Source: Alphaproteobacteria bacterium
GTDB lineage: Bacteria; Pseudomonadota; Alphaproteobacteria; Bin95
Length of the DNA: 64,000 bases
Assembly: GCA_963665325.3 (NCBI GenBank)
Contig: OZ224045.1
Location: forward strand, 1,600,001 to 1,664,000
Direction: 5' to 3'
How positions within the stretch are numbered: position 1 is the first letter of the stretch; every line of letters begins with the position of its first letter. The position numbers were made by a program, and so were the translations under genes. Positions 10,071 through 20,658 of this stretch are shown one piece after another. The notes beneath the pieces are model-generated. The model had not been told where the DNA came from, ran no database searches, and saw only the letters and a list, made by a program, of their open reading frames with translations.

Positions 10071-11054
10071 ATGGGTGCGACACCTATTCCGATTGTCGAT
10101 ATCGGTCCGGTTCTCCGGGGCGAGCCGGATGGGCCGGAAAGGGCGGCGGCCGAGCTTTCCGATGCCTGCCGCAATGTCGGCTTCTACTATTTGCGGGGCC
10201 ACGGGGTGCCGCGCCCGCTCATCGATGCCGCGTTCGAGCAGGCTCGCCGTTTCCACGCACAGCCGCTCGAAGCCAAGATGGCGCTAAGGGCAGGCGCCGA
10301 CAATGTTGGCTACATGCCCTACAGGGGGAGCGTGTCCCGCGCGTCAGGCATCTATCTCGGCGACCGGCCGAACCGGAACGAGGCGTTTTTCATGAAGCGC
10401 GACCTGGCCCCAGACCATCCGGACGTGCTGGCAGGGAAGCGTTTCCGCCCGCTCAATCAGTGGCCGGACGAGGCGGCGCTGCCGGTGTTCCGCAAGACGG
10501 CGCTTGCCTATGCCGAGGCCCTGGAAACGGTAGCGAAAAGCCTGTTGCCGCTCTATGCCCGCGCGCTCGACCTTGCGCCGGACTTCTTCGACGCGGCGTT
10601 CGCGGACCCGCAATTCACCCTCAGGCTGACGCATTACGACCCGCCCGAGCACTTCGAAGACGACGAGTTCAGCCTGGCGCCGCACACGGACAGCTCGTTC
10701 ATGACCCTGCTCGCCACGACGGATGTGCCGGGCCTTTCGATCCGGCTGCCGTCGGGCGAGTGGGTCGAGGCGCCTTCGGAGCCGGACTGCTTCATCGTCA
10801 ATATCGGAGACATGGGCCACCGCTGGACCAACGGCCGTTTCCTCTCCACGCCGCACCGGGTGCGCAACCTGTCCGGGCGGGAGCGGTACGCCATCCCGTT
10901 CTTTTTCGACTGCAATATCGACTATGAGATGGTCTGCCTGCCGACCTGCTGCGGCCCCGACGATCCTCCAAAATTCCCGCCGACGACCTATATGGACTAC
11001 ATGCTCTGGTTCACCGGCGCGAACTACGCCCATGCGCGGGAAAACGCTGCCTGA
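10071..11054 (+). CDS. 2-oxoglutarate/Fe(II) dioxygenase, isopenicillin N synthase family
   Basis: IPIVDI, GFYYL..HG, PHTD, NIGD...WTNG, STPHRV, RYAIPFF. Confidence 0.92.
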   Translation: MGATPIPIVDIGPVLRGEPDGPERAAAELSDACRNVGFYYLRGHGVPRPLIDAAFEQARRFHAQPLEAKMALRAGADNVGYMPYRGSVSRASGIYLGDRPNRNEAFFMKRDLAPDHPDVLAGKRFRPLNQWPDEAALPVFRKTALAYAEALETVAKSLLPLYARALDLAPDFFDAAFADPQFTLRLTHYDPPEHFEDDEFSLAPHTDSSFMTLLATTDVPGLSIRLPSGEWVEAPSEPDCFIVNIGDMGHRWTNGRFLSTPHRVRNLSGRERYAIPFFFDCNIDYEMVCLPTCCGPDDPPKFPPTTYMDYMLWFTGANYAHARENAA

Positions 11055-11099
11055 ACCGCGGCCGACAGCCCGATAACCGGAGAACAACGGTCCAACGCC

Positions 11100-12551
11100 A
11101 TGCGTCTTGCCATCGCCCTGATCCTGTTTGCGGCCATGACGGCCGTTGCGCCGCCGCTTCGCGCACACGGCACGCCCGACAGCTTCGCCGAACTCGCCGA
11201 AAAGGCGCTGCCGGCGGTCGTCAACATCTCGACGCGGCAGACCGTGGAGCGGCAGCGCTCGCCCGACCTGCCGCAATTCCCTCCCGGCTCGCCTTTCGAG
11301 GAATTCTTCCGGAAGTTCTTCGACAGGGAACCGGGCGACCGCCAGGACGCGCCGCCGCGCCGGGCGACATCGCTCGGTTCCGGCTTCATCGTCGATCCTT
11401 CCGGCTTCATCGTCACCAACCACCATGTGATCGACAAGGCGGACGAGATCCTGGTCCGCCTCCAGGACGACAGGGAATTGCAGGCAGAGGTGGTGGGGCG
11501 CGATCCGAAGACCGATCTGGCGGTGCTCCGGGTCGAATCCGACGAGCCGCTGCCTTTCCTCGAATTCGGGGATTCGGATAAGACGAGGGTCGGTGACTGG
11601 GTCGTCGCCATCGGCAATCCGTTCGGCTTCAGCAGCACGGTCACCGCAGGCATTGTCTCGGCCCGCAAGCGGGACATCCGCGCCGGACCCTATGACGATT
11701 TCATCCAGACCGATGCGGCTATCAACAAGGGTAATTCCGGCGGCCCGATGCTGAATCTGGACGGCAGGGTGATCGGTGTGAACACCGCGATCACCTCGCC
11801 CTCGGGCGGCAGCGTGGGCATCGGTTTCGCCGTGCCGGCCTCGCTTGCCGCTCCGGTGATCGACCAGCTCCGCCGCTTCCGCGAGACCCGGCGCGGCTGG
11901 CTCGGCGTTCGCATCCAGAACGTGACCGACGAAATCGCTGCGGCGTTCGAGGGATTCGGTGAACCGCGCGGGGCGTTGGTCGCCGCGGTAATGCCCGATA
12001 GCCCGGCCGACCAAGGCGGAATCCAAGCGGGGGACATCGTGCTGTCCTTCGATAGCAAGCAGGTGGAGAAGATGCGCGCGCTGCCGCGCATCGTGTCCGA
12101 TGCGGAGGTCGGCGCAACGGTGCCGGTCGAGGTGTGGCGGAAAGGCAGGGTCGAGCATCTGGAAGTCGTCGTCGGCCGCCTTGAGGAGAACGACCCGGTG
12201 AGCGCATCGGCAGAGAGCACCACGAGCGAGCACCCGGTCGAGGCGCTGGGGCTTGTGGTTGCCGGGCCGAACGACGATCTGCGCAAGGAATTCGAGCTCG
12301 ACGAGGAGACACTCGAGCGGGGCGGCCTGGTCGTTGTCGGGGTGGCTCCCGGCAGCGACGCCGAACAGAAGGGCCTTGAGGCCGGCGATCTCATCATCGA
12401 GGCCGACCAGGCCTCCGTGAGTCGTCCGAAGGACCTGGAGGAGCGTATCGCGGCAGTGCGCGAGGCGGGGCGCCGCTCGGTCCTGCTGCTGGTGAATCGC
12501 GGCGGCGAGGATCGCTTCGTGGCCGTGCTGCTCAAGTCCGAAGCGGAGTAG
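11100..12551 (+). CDS. degP: Do/DegP-DegQ family periplasmic serine endoprotease with two PDZ domains
   Basis: Signal peptide, TNHHV, TDLAVL, QTDAAINKGNSGGP, two PDZ-like segments. Confidence 0.93.
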   Translation: MRLAIALILFAAMTAVAPPLRAHGTPDSFAELAEKALPAVVNISTRQTVERQRSPDLPQFPPGSPFEEFFRKFFDREPGDRQDAPPRRATSLGSGFIVDPSGFIVTNHHVIDKADEILVRLQDDRELQAEVVGRDPKTDLAVLRVESDEPLPFLEFGDSDKTRVGDWVVAIGNPFGFSSTVTAGIVSARKRDIRAGPYDDFIQTDAAINKGNSGGPMLNLDGRVIGVNTAITSPSGGSVGIGFAVPASLAAPVIDQLRRFRETRRGWLGVRIQNVTDEIAAAFEGFGEPRGALVAAVMPDSPADQGGIQAGDIVLSFDSKQVEKMRALPRIVSDAEVGATVPVEVWRKGRVEHLEVVVGRLEENDPVSASAESTTSEHPVEALGLVVAGPNDDLRKEFELDEETLERGGLVVVGVAPGSDAEQKGLEAGDLIIEADQASVSRPKDLEERIAAVREAGRRSVLLLVNRGGEDRFVAVLLKSEAE

Positions 12552-12556
12552 CCGGA

Positions 12557-13708
12557 TTGGGCTCGAGAACAGGCGGGGCGATCCGGGTCGCGCGCATCCG
12601 GATCGAGGTCTTCCGCGCGCCGATGCCGAACCCTGTCGTGGTCTCGTTCGGCGCGATCGCCGAGCGGGTCATCGCAATGGTTGGGTTGGAGGACGCCGAC
12701 GGGGCCGTCGGCCGGGGCGATATCTGGGGGAATTTCCCGTCGATTACGACCGAATACCGCGCGCGTCTCGCAGGCCAGCTGTTGCCGGACCTGCTTCTGG
12801 GCAAGGTCGTTACCGACATCCCGGCGCAGTACGCCGCCATGATGCGGCAGTTGCGCGTGCTTGCGATCCAGTCGGCGGAATATGGCCCCGTCGCCGCAAT
12901 CGTTGCGGCAGCCGACCAGGCGCTCTGGGATCTGGCGGCGCGGCGCCGGGGCGTGCCCCTGCGCCGCCTGCTGGACGCCGGCGCGCGGGACCGCATCCCG
13001 GCCTATGCGAGCGGCCTCAATCCCGGCGACGGGCCGGAAGCCGCCGGACGGGCGCGGCAGGCGGGCCACCGCAACTTCAAGCTCAAGGTCGGCTTCGGGG
13101 AGGAAACCGACCGGGGCAATGTCGAGGCGATCCGCCGCGACATGGGCGCCGGCGAGCGCCTGTTCGTGGATGCGAACCAGCGATGGGACCTTGAAACGGC
13201 CGAGAAGGCTGCGGGATGGCTGGCGGATGCAGGCGTCGGCTGGCTGGAAGAGCCGATGCGGGCCGACATGCCCGACGGGCACTGGCAACGGCTCAGGACC
13301 GCCATGCGCCTGCCGCTTGCGGGCGGCGAAAACCTGGCCGACCACAGTCTGATCGACCGGGCGCTCGGCTGGCTGGACATCATGCAGCCCGATGTCGGCA
13401 AGTGGGGCGGCGTCTCCGACAATACCGCCATTGCGCGCCGTGCGCTGGCCCGCGGGCGGACCTACTGTCCGCACTGGCTGGCCGGCGGGCTGGGGCTGCT
13501 TCACTCGGCCAATATCCTGGCGGCGGTCGGCGGTGACGGCCTCCTGGAGATGGATGTCAACGCCAACCCGCTCCGCGAAGCCGTAATCGGAGAGGCGCTT
13601 GAGGTGGAGGACGGCCAAGTCCGCCTGCCGGACGGGCCGGGCCTCGGCGTTGAAATCGAACTGGAGGCGATGGCCGGCTGGCGGGTCTCCTCCGAGGAGT
13701 TCGTCTGA
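12557..13708 (+). CDS. Mandelate racemase/muconate-lactonizing enzyme family protein
   Basis: DQALWDL, KLK, VDAN, WLEEP, GEN, QPDVGKWGG, PHW, PGLGVE. Start uncertain. Confidence 0.9.
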   Translation: MGSRTGGAIRVARIRIEVFRAPMPNPVVVSFGAIAERVIAMVGLEDADGAVGRGDIWGNFPSITTEYRARLAGQLLPDLLLGKVVTDIPAQYAAMMRQLRVLAIQSAEYGPVAAIVAAADQALWDLAARRRGVPLRRLLDAGARDRIPAYASGLNPGDGPEAAGRARQAGHRNFKLKVGFGEETDRGNVEAIRRDMGAGERLFVDANQRWDLETAEKAAGWLADAGVGWLEEPMRADMPDGHWQRLRTAMRLPLAGGENLADHSLIDRALGWLDIMQPDVGKWGGVSDNTAIARRALARGRTYCPHWLAGGLGLLHSANILAAVGGDGLLEMDVNANPLREAVIGEALEVEDGQVRLPDGPGLGVEIELEAMAGWRVSSEEFV

Positions 13709-13718
13709 GGAATCCGGG

Positions 13719-14690
13719 CTACGCTTCTTCGGTCAGCTCCGGCACGACCCAAAGCGGGTCGGAGCCGCGCGCGACGCGCTGGACATTGTCGAAGGCGTTG
13801 CGCACCCGCGCGGTATTGCTCTCGAAGGTCGGGCCGGCGAGATGCGCGGTGAGCGTGACGTTCTCCATGTTGAAGAGCGGGTTGTCCGCCGGCGGCGGCT
13901 CCTCGTCGAACACGTCCAGCCCGGCAGCGGCGATGGTCCCGTCCGTCAGCGCCGCGCATAGCGCCGCCTCGTCCACGACCGGCCCGCGCGAGGTGTTGAC
14001 GAGAGTTGCGGAGGGCTTCATCAGCGCCAGTTCCTCGGCGCCGATCAGGTGGCGCGTCGAGGCGTTCAGCGGCACATGCAGCGAGACGATATCGGCCTCG
14101 CGGAGCAGCTCCCGCAGCAGGCGGAAGCGCACATTGAGCGCGTCCTCACGGTCCTCCGCCAGACGTTCGATGTCGTAGTAGATCACGGTCATGCCGAAGG
14201 CCAGCGCCAGCCTTGCGGTCTTCTTGCCGATGGTGCCCAAGCCGACAATACCGAGCGTCCGGCCGCGCAGCTCGTGCAGGCGCGGCGTGCTGTTGCCGCG
14301 CCAGTTGCCCGCCGCCACCGTCCGGTGCTGGCGCACAAGCTGGCGCGAGGCCGCCAGCGCCAGCAGGATCGCATGCTCGGAAACGGCGGTGGAGTTGGCG
14401 CCGCCATTGTTGCAGAGCGGCACGCCGGCGCGCCGGGCCGAGTCCAGGTCGGCCTGGTCGTAGCCGGCGCTCAGAAGCTGTATCAGCTTGAGGTTCGGGC
14501 CCGCCTCGAACAGCGCATCTTCCACGAGCCCGTCCACGAAGCCCACGAGATATTCGGCGTCGCGCATCGCGTCGAGATATTCGGCGCTGCCGGCCGGCAC
14601 GATGGAAAGCTCGAAGCCCGAGGGGGCCGCTTCCCGCGCGGCGAGCGCGGCATCGGGGAACATGGTCACGAAAACGATCCTGGGCTGCAT
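13719..14690 (-). CDS. D-2-hydroxyacid dehydrogenase (NAD-binding)
   Basis: GLGTIG, SLHVP, NTSRG, LDVFDEEP, TAHLAG. Confidence 0.92.
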   Translation of the reverse strand: MQPRIVFVTMFPDAALAAREAAPSGFELSIVPAGSAEYLDAMRDAEYLVGFVDGLVEDALFEAGPNLKLIQLLSAGYDQADLDSARRAGVPLCNNGGANSTAVSEHAILLALAASRQLVRQHRTVAAGNWRGNSTPRLHELRGRTLGIVGLGTIGKKTARLALAFGMTVIYYDIERLAEDREDALNVRFRLLRELLREADIVSLHVPLNASTRHLIGAEELALMKPSATLVNTSRGPVVDEAALCAALTDGTIAAAGLDVFDEEPPPADNPLFNMENVTLTAHLAGPTFESNTARVRNAFDNVQRVARGSDPLWVVPELTEEA

Positions 14691-14887
14691 GGTCTCCGTC
14701 CGTTCCTTGAGGGTCTTGGAGGGCGGCCGCCGCTGCGGTCCGCCAAAGGGGTCAACGCGAAAAACGGTAGCGGCCGCCGGACGGCCTGTCCATGCGGCCC
14801 CTGAAAGTTTGCGGCTGACAGGATGGAGGCTGTTGGGAATACTGCGCGGGACGAAATGGCGGCAGCCGCTGTCGGGAGAGTGGCCGG

Positions 14888-16063
14888 ATGACTATCGACA
14901 AGTGCATCAACCTCGACGATTTGCGCGCGATGGCGAAGAAGCGCGTGCCGAAGCTGGTTTACGACTTCATCGAGGGCGGCGTGGACGACGAAGACGGGCT
15001 CCAGCGAAATGAGGACGCCTTTCAGCAGCGCTCCCTCGTGCCGCGTTACATGATCGATGTCTCGAAGATCGACCAGTCGGTGGAGCTGTTCGGCCACACC
15101 TGGTCCAGCCCCTACGGCATCGCGCCCACCGGCGGCATCGGCAATTACCGCCGCGGCGGCGACCTGATGTTGGCGCGAGCCGCCCGCGACGCCAATATCC
15201 CCTTCATCATGTCCGGGGCTTCCAACGCCTCGATGGAGGACATGGCGCGCGAGGCGCCGGAGCATGGCTGGTACCAGATGTACACGGCGAAGGACCGGTC
15301 GATTTCGGAAGACATGATCCGGCGCGCGGCGGACCTCGGGATTCCGGCCCTGGTCGTCACGGTCGATGTTCCCGTCCATTCCAACCGCGAGCGCAACCGG
15401 CGCAACGGCTTCACCCGCCCGCTCAGGCTCACGCTCGGAACGAAGCTGGATACACTCCGGCATCCACTCTGGCTGAAGGACTACATGCGCCACGGCTTCG
15501 CCATGCTTGAGAACTGGAAGCCCTATGCGCCGGCCGGCGCTACCGCGCTGCAAGTCGGAGAACTCATGGCCCAACAGGTCCCGGCCAACCTCACCTGGGC
15601 CGATATCGAGCGCTTCCGGGCGCTCTGGCCGCGCACGCTGATCCTGAAGGGCGTCATGCGCTCGGACGACGCGCTCCGGGCGGCGGAGGCCGGGGTGGAC
15701 GGGCTGATGGTGTCCAACCACGGCGCCCGCCAGCTCGACCGGGCCCCGTCCCCGCTGGACGTGCTGCCGGCGCTGCACGCAGCGGTGGGGGACCGCATGG
15801 CGCTGATGCTGGACGGCGGCGTCCGGCGCGGCGCGGACATCCTGATCGCGCTCGCGAGCGGGGCGAAGTTCGTCTTCCTCGGCCGGCCGACGCTCTACGG
15901 CACCGTCGCCGGCGGCGCGGCCGGGGCGGTCAAGGCCGTCACCATCGTCCGCGAGGAGATCGACAAGGTGATGGCCCAGATCGGGTGTCCGTCGCTCGAC
16001 CAATTGGGTCCGGAATTCCTGCACGGGGACCCGGAGGACGCTGGACGTAACATCCGGCTCTGA
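14888..16063 (+). CDS. FMN-dependent alpha-hydroxyacid dehydrogenase/oxidase, copy 1
   Basis: IAPTG, TVDVP, LKG, SNHGARQLD, DGGVRRG, GRP. Confidence 0.93.
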   Translation: MTIDKCINLDDLRAMAKKRVPKLVYDFIEGGVDDEDGLQRNEDAFQQRSLVPRYMIDVSKIDQSVELFGHTWSSPYGIAPTGGIGNYRRGGDLMLARAARDANIPFIMSGASNASMEDMAREAPEHGWYQMYTAKDRSISEDMIRRAADLGIPALVVTVDVPVHSNRERNRRNGFTRPLRLTLGTKLDTLRHPLWLKDYMRHGFAMLENWKPYAPAGATALQVGELMAQQVPANLTWADIERFRALWPRTLILKGVMRSDDALRAAEAGVDGLMVSNHGARQLDRAPSPLDVLPALHAAVGDRMALMLDGGVRRGADILIALASGAKFVFLGRPTLYGTVAGGAAGAVKAVTIVREEIDKVMAQIGCPSLDQLGPEFLHGDPEDAGRNIRL

Positions 16064-16226
16064 CGGCCGCGGCCGGAAGCCCGAAGCGGCGGCTGCGGTC
16101 TGCAACCGCAACTTCGAGAGTGAAGGGGCCGTTCGGGCCGGACAGTTGCCGGCCGACAGGATCGAACCCATTTGGGAGTGCTGCGCCAGCTGGATCTACC
16201 GCAGGCGATGCCGGGAGAACGGCCGG

Positions 16227-17396
16227 GTGAATATCGACAATTGCGTCAACCTCGACGATCTGCGCGTGCTGGCGAAGAGGCGCGTGCCGAAGCTGGTTTA
16301 CGACTACATCGAAGGCGGCGTGGACGGTGAGGACGGGCTCCGGCGCAATGAGGGCGCCTTTCGGCGGCGCTCCCTGGTGCCGCGCTACATGGTGGATGTC
16401 TCTACGCTCGACCGGACGGTGGAGTTGTTCGGCCGCACCTGGTCGAGCCCCTACGGCATCGCGCCCACCGGGGGCATCGGCAATTTCCGCCGCGGCGGCG
16501 ACACGATGCTGTGGCGGGCCGCGCGGGACGCGAATATCCCCTTCGTCATGTCGATTGTCGCCACCGCCTCGATGGAGGATATGGCGCGCGAGGCGCCCGA
16601 GCATGGCTGGTACCAATTGTCCGCAGCGAAGGACCGGTCGATCTCCGAAGACATGATCCGGCGCGCGGCCGACCTCGGCATTCCCGCCCTGGTGGTCACG
16701 GTCGATGCGCCGGTCCATTCCAACCGGGAGCGCAACCGGCGCAACGGCCTCGGTGGCAAGCTCACGCTCGCGACGAAGCTGGATGCGCTTCGCCATCCGC
16801 TCTGGCTGAAGGATTACATGAAGCATGGCTCCGCCATGCTGGAGAACTGGCGGCCTTATGCGCCGGCGGGCTCCAACGCCAAACAGGTCGATGAATTCGT
16901 GGCCGGACAAAGGCCGACCGGCCTCACATGGTCCGATATCGAGCGGTTCCGGGCGCTCTGGCCGCGCACGCTGATCGTGAAGGGCGTCCTGCGCGCGGAC
17001 GATGCGCTCCGCGCGGCGGAGGCTGGCGCGGACGGGTTGATTGTGTCCAACCACGGCGCCCGCCAGCTCGACAGGGCCCCGTCCCCGCTGGATGTGCTGC
17101 CGGCGCTCGACGCGGCTGTGGGCGACCGGGTGGCGCTGATGATGGACGGCGGCGTCCGCCGGGGCGCGGATATCCTGATCGCGCTTGCCAGCGGGGCGAA
17201 GTTCGTCTTTCTCGGCCGGCCGACCCTCTACGGCGCCGTTGCGGGAGGTGCGGCCGGGGCCGTCAAGGCGGTGGACATCCTCTGCGACGAGATCGACAAG
17301 GTGATGGCCCAGATCGGCTGCCCGTCGCTCGACCAATTGGGTCCGGAGTTCCTCCACTGGGACCCGGAGGACACAGGGCGTAATATCCGCCTCTGA
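16227..17396 (+). CDS. FMN-dependent alpha-hydroxyacid dehydrogenase/oxidase, copy 2 (tandem paralog)
   Basis: Long identical stretches shared with 14888..16063; GTG start in the homologous position. Confidence 0.93.
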   Translation: MNIDNCVNLDDLRVLAKRRVPKLVYDYIEGGVDGEDGLRRNEGAFRRRSLVPRYMVDVSTLDRTVELFGRTWSSPYGIAPTGGIGNFRRGGDTMLWRAARDANIPFVMSIVATASMEDMAREAPEHGWYQLSAAKDRSISEDMIRRAADLGIPALVVTVDAPVHSNRERNRRNGLGGKLTLATKLDALRHPLWLKDYMKHGSAMLENWRPYAPAGSNAKQVDEFVAGQRPTGLTWSDIERFRALWPRTLIVKGVLRADDALRAAEAGADGLIVSNHGARQLDRAPSPLDVLPALDAAVGDRVALMMDGGVRRGADILIALASGAKFVFLGRPTLYGAVAGGAAGAVKAVDILCDEIDKVMAQIGCPSLDQLGPEFLHWDPEDTGRNIRL

Positions 17397-17410
17397 CGGC
17401 CCCGCAACCT

Positions 17411-18472
17411 CTAGGCGGACGCGATGTGGGCGGCGCCGCTTTCCAGTTGGCCCGTCATGGCGGCGAGTTCGTGCAGCGCCTCTTCGGCGCGGCGGCGTTT
17501 CGCCTCGTCGGGGTCGCGCTGGACGATGCGGAGCAGCGCGTCGCGCGCCGCCGGGTCGCCCTCTGCGGCCATGTCGAAGGCCATGCGGTCGCGGCGCTCG
17601 TAATATTGCCGGTCCAGCGGCACGACGGTCGGGGAGAGCGCGCGCCAGAAATACTTGCCGAGTTCGGAGGACCAGTCCGCATAGACCTCCTCCCATGTGC
17701 CGCAGCCGGAATAGGGCACCAGGTTGGTATCCGCGATGGGCTGGCTCGCGGGCTGGTAGCGGTCGTCGAAGGACTGGCGGATCTCGTCCGTGCGGTTGGG
17801 CAGCGCGCAATGGACGGCGGTATCCGCGAAGATCAGCGCATCGCCCGCCTCGAAGGCGCCCGTCACCCACTGGCCGGGGATCGGCACGTTGATGTCCATG
17901 CCGCCGGCGCCGTTGCCGACCCTGGTGTCGAGCACGCCCGCGCGATGCGAGCCGGACGCCACCGCCAGCGCCCCCTTCTCCAGTGGGCAGTCGCCGAGCG
18001 GCGCCCAGAGCGCATGGTTGGTGGCGCCCCCGATATGCACCTTGTCCTGGTGTGCGCCGGTGGTGAAGTCGAAGCTCTCGGTTTGCGGGAAGATATTGCG
18101 CTGGATGAACATCGGGTGCGCCAGCACGGGCTCGGCGAAGATGCGCTCGAACAGCGCCAGCACGTTCGGATGAATGCGCAGCCGGTGCAGCTCCTCGTCC
18201 TTCCACATGCCCCGGAACACTTGCATGTAGCGTTCCTCGGGATCCTTGCAGGCGGCGGCGGGATTGGCGATGCCGTCCTCCACCGGATGCGCCGGGTCGA
18301 GCCAGCCGCCTTCGGCCGCCGTCTCCAGCATGCGCCGGCGGACCTCCATCACCTTCCCGCGCGGCAGCAGGCCCCGGAGGAACAGGTAGCCGTCGCGCTC
18401 CAGCCGTTCGGCGAGCGCCGGGCCGTTCTCCATGAGATCGGTCGAATCGAGAAATTCGCCCATTGCGTCCAT
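17411..18472 (-). CDS. Phytanoyl-CoA dioxygenase (PhyH) family protein
   Basis: DGYLFLRG, AHQD, WAPLGD, GSH, AGDAL...VH...PN, RQS.D.RYQ. Confidence 0.88.
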   Translation of the reverse strand: MDAMGEFLDSTDLMENGPALAERLERDGYLFLRGLLPRGKVMEVRRRMLETAAEGGWLDPAHPVEDGIANPAAACKDPEERYMQVFRGMWKDEELHRLRIHPNVLALFERIFAEPVLAHPMFIQRNIFPQTESFDFTTGAHQDKVHIGGATNHALWAPLGDCPLEKGALAVASGSHRAGVLDTRVGNGAGGMDINVPIPGQWVTGAFEAGDALIFADTAVHCALPNRTDEIRQSFDDRYQPASQPIADTNLVPYSGCGTWEEVYADWSSELGKYFWRALSPTVVPLDRQYYERRDRMAFDMAAEGDPAARDALLRIVQRDPDEAKRRRAEEALHELAAMTGQLESGAAHIASA

Positions 18473-18510
18473 GTCCGTTCCTCCTTGCTGGCGCCTGCCG
18501 GCGCCGGGCG

Positions 18511-19680
18511 TCAGATCGCGAGGTCCTTCGTGTTGTAGTCGCGGATCACCCGCTCGAAGGTTTCGTCGTTCAGCCGGAACTCGTCCTCCAGCCCGTCGAA
18601 AGGCCGGTAGCGGTAGGACGCCTCCTCCGGAAAGCGCTGCCGCCTGGCGTCGATGGCAACCTGGATGACGGCCGAGCGCTCGAAGATGCGCTGTTCGTCA
18701 TACACCTCGCCGGCGCCCATGCTGAGCTTGCCCCGCTGGCCCAGCACCGAGCGGCGGCGGTGGAAGCCCATAGTGATCGAGATGCGCTTGTCGGGCGAAG
18801 TATTGGCGAAGGAGCCGTGCAGCATCTGGCGGTTGACGGCCGTGACGTCGCCGGGCTCGCAGATGAGCGGCACGGCGTCGGGGAACTTCTCGTCGCCGCC
18901 GTTCTCGGCGACCCGCCGCTTGATGTCGATACGCCCGCCCTTGTGGGTGCCGGGCACGACCCAGAGGCAATTGGCGGGCGTCGTCGGGTAGAGCTGCACC
19001 TGGAAGTTGAAGCCGTGGCTGCCCTCGTCCCAATCGGGCGACTCCCAGTGGGTCACGCCGTCCTGGTGCCAGGCGACGGAGCCGCCGACGCCGGCCTGCT
19101 TGACGAAGATGGCATCGTTGTAAGGCACGAAATCCGCCCCGTTGATCGACTCCGCCACCGCCAGCAGGTGCGGATGGCCATAGACCCGGAGTGCGGCCGG
19201 CATGGCCTGGCACATGCCGTACATCAGGAAGACCACATAGTCCGGCGCATCCTCGTCCGGGCGCGGCTGGGTCATCCGGTGCGGATGGCGGCCGTTCAGC
19301 TTGTCCGTGCCGCCCCAGGGGTCGGAGAGCGGCTTCACCAGCGTATAGGGTTCGCGGGCATAGTCCCGGCCAAGCGCGGGGCGGCCCTCTGCGTCCACAT
19401 CGGCGTCGGGACGGACCGGGGCGCGCCCGATCATCATGTCGGCATCGGCCCTGAGTTCCGCGAGTTCCGCCTCGCCGACCACACCCTCGAACACGTAGAA
19501 GCCATGCTTCCAGTAGGCTTCGAGGATGTCGGGATGGAGCCTGCCGTCGGCGCCGAAGCGCACGGGGCCACGATTGGCGAGCGCGCGGGCGCGCTCCTCG
19601 CCAGCCTCGAGATAGGCGCCGACGGTTGCGGCGTGCTCGGCCCTGGTCGGTTCCATCGCCAAGGGCGAAATCTCGTTCAT
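18511..19680 (-). CDS. Phytanoyl-CoA dioxygenase (PhyH) family protein
   Basis: HGFYVF, WHQDG, VVPGTH, PGDV...HGS.AN.S...R. Confidence 0.88.
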   Translation of the reverse strand: MNEISPLAMEPTRAEHAATVGAYLEAGEERARALANRGPVRFGADGRLHPDILEAYWKHGFYVFEGVVGEAELAELRADADMMIGRAPVRPDADVDAEGRPALGRDYAREPYTLVKPLSDPWGGTDKLNGRHPHRMTQPRPDEDAPDYVVFLMYGMCQAMPAALRVYGHPHLLAVAESINGADFVPYNDAIFVKQAGVGGSVAWHQDGVTHWESPDWDEGSHGFNFQVQLYPTTPANCLWVVPGTHKGGRIDIKRRVAENGGDEKFPDAVPLICEPGDVTAVNRQMLHGSFANTSPDKRISITMGFHRRRSVLGQRGKLSMGAGEVYDEQRIFERSAVIQVAIDARRQRFPEEASYRYRPFDGLEDEFRLNDETFERVIRDYNTKDLAI

Positions 19681-19796
19681 CGCGCGTCTCCGGCAGCCTT
19701 CGTCGATGGCGAAATCCTATGCAAACACCTGGTGTGCCGCAACAGGACCAGGCATGACGGCCGTTTATTCGCTCACTCGGAAGACGGGTTCGCGGC

Positions 19797-20549
19797 TCAG
19801 GGCGCGCCGCTCAGATAGCGGGTGAGGAAGGCCGTGGAGAATTCGAGCTCTTCCGGCGGCACGGCGGGATGCAGGCCGGGATTGGCGTGGAGGCGCTTGT
19901 CGGCGGAGCCGAGCGCGTCGAACATGGCGAGGCACTCCTCGCGGGTGAAGAGCTCGTCCTCCAGCTGCCAGATGAACAGCACGGGGCAAGTTATGGCCCG
20001 CGCCGCCGCCTTGACGACCGGCTTGTAGTGGGCCGGCTCGGAGACGAGACCCATCAGGCCCAGCACGGCGACCGAAATGCGCGGCTCGGCCGCGACGAAG
20101 GGCGCGCCGTAGATCGTGCCCATCGACAGGCCCCAATAGCCGACCGGGCCGGCGCCCACCTCGTCCAGGGCGGAGACCATCTCCAGCGCGAGGTGCCAGT
20201 CGCGCACCATGTCTTCCGCCGTGCCCTCGCGCTGCCATTCCGGCCAGAAGGCGTCGCGTCCGCCGGGCCCCACCTGTCTTCGCCCATGCACCGGCCCGTC
20301 GAGGGAAAGGCCGAAATAGCCGTGGCTGCGGCAGAGCGCGCCGGCGATATCCGGGATCGGGCGCTGGTGCCGGCTGCCGGACGCGCCGTGCCCGAAGCAG
20401 ACGAGCGGCGCGCCCGGCTTCGAGTCGGGGCCGGACCAGAGCACGCCCGTTACCGGACGGCCGCCCGTGCGGATGGTGAACTCACGGACCTCCGCGCCGT
20501 CCTGCCGTTCGGTTTCGTGCCATTCGAGCCTGTTGCCGGTCGCGGTCAT
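19797..20549 (-). CDS. Alpha/beta hydrolase
   Basis: GHG oxyanion loop, GLSMG nucleophile elbow, DEL, NPGLH. Confidence 0.85.
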   Translation of the reverse strand: MTATGNRLEWHETERQDGAEVREFTIRTGGRPVTGVLWSGPDSKPGAPLVCFGHGASGSRHQRPIPDIAGALCRSHGYFGLSLDGPVHGRRQVGPGGRDAFWPEWQREGTAEDMVRDWHLALEMVSALDEVGAGPVGYWGLSMGTIYGAPFVAAEPRISVAVLGLMGLVSEPAHYKPVVKAAARAITCPVLFIWQLEDELFTREECLAMFDALGSADKRLHANPGLHPAVPPEELEFSTAFLTRYLSGAP

Positions 20550-20658
20550 GGCGTGCATCCTGAATTCGTCGGGTCGGCCGGAGTGTCCGCCTGCCGGCCC
20601 GTCCGGGTCAAGAACGCCGCCCCCGGAGCCACGGGGCGCGGCAGGGGGGAGCGCTTCC

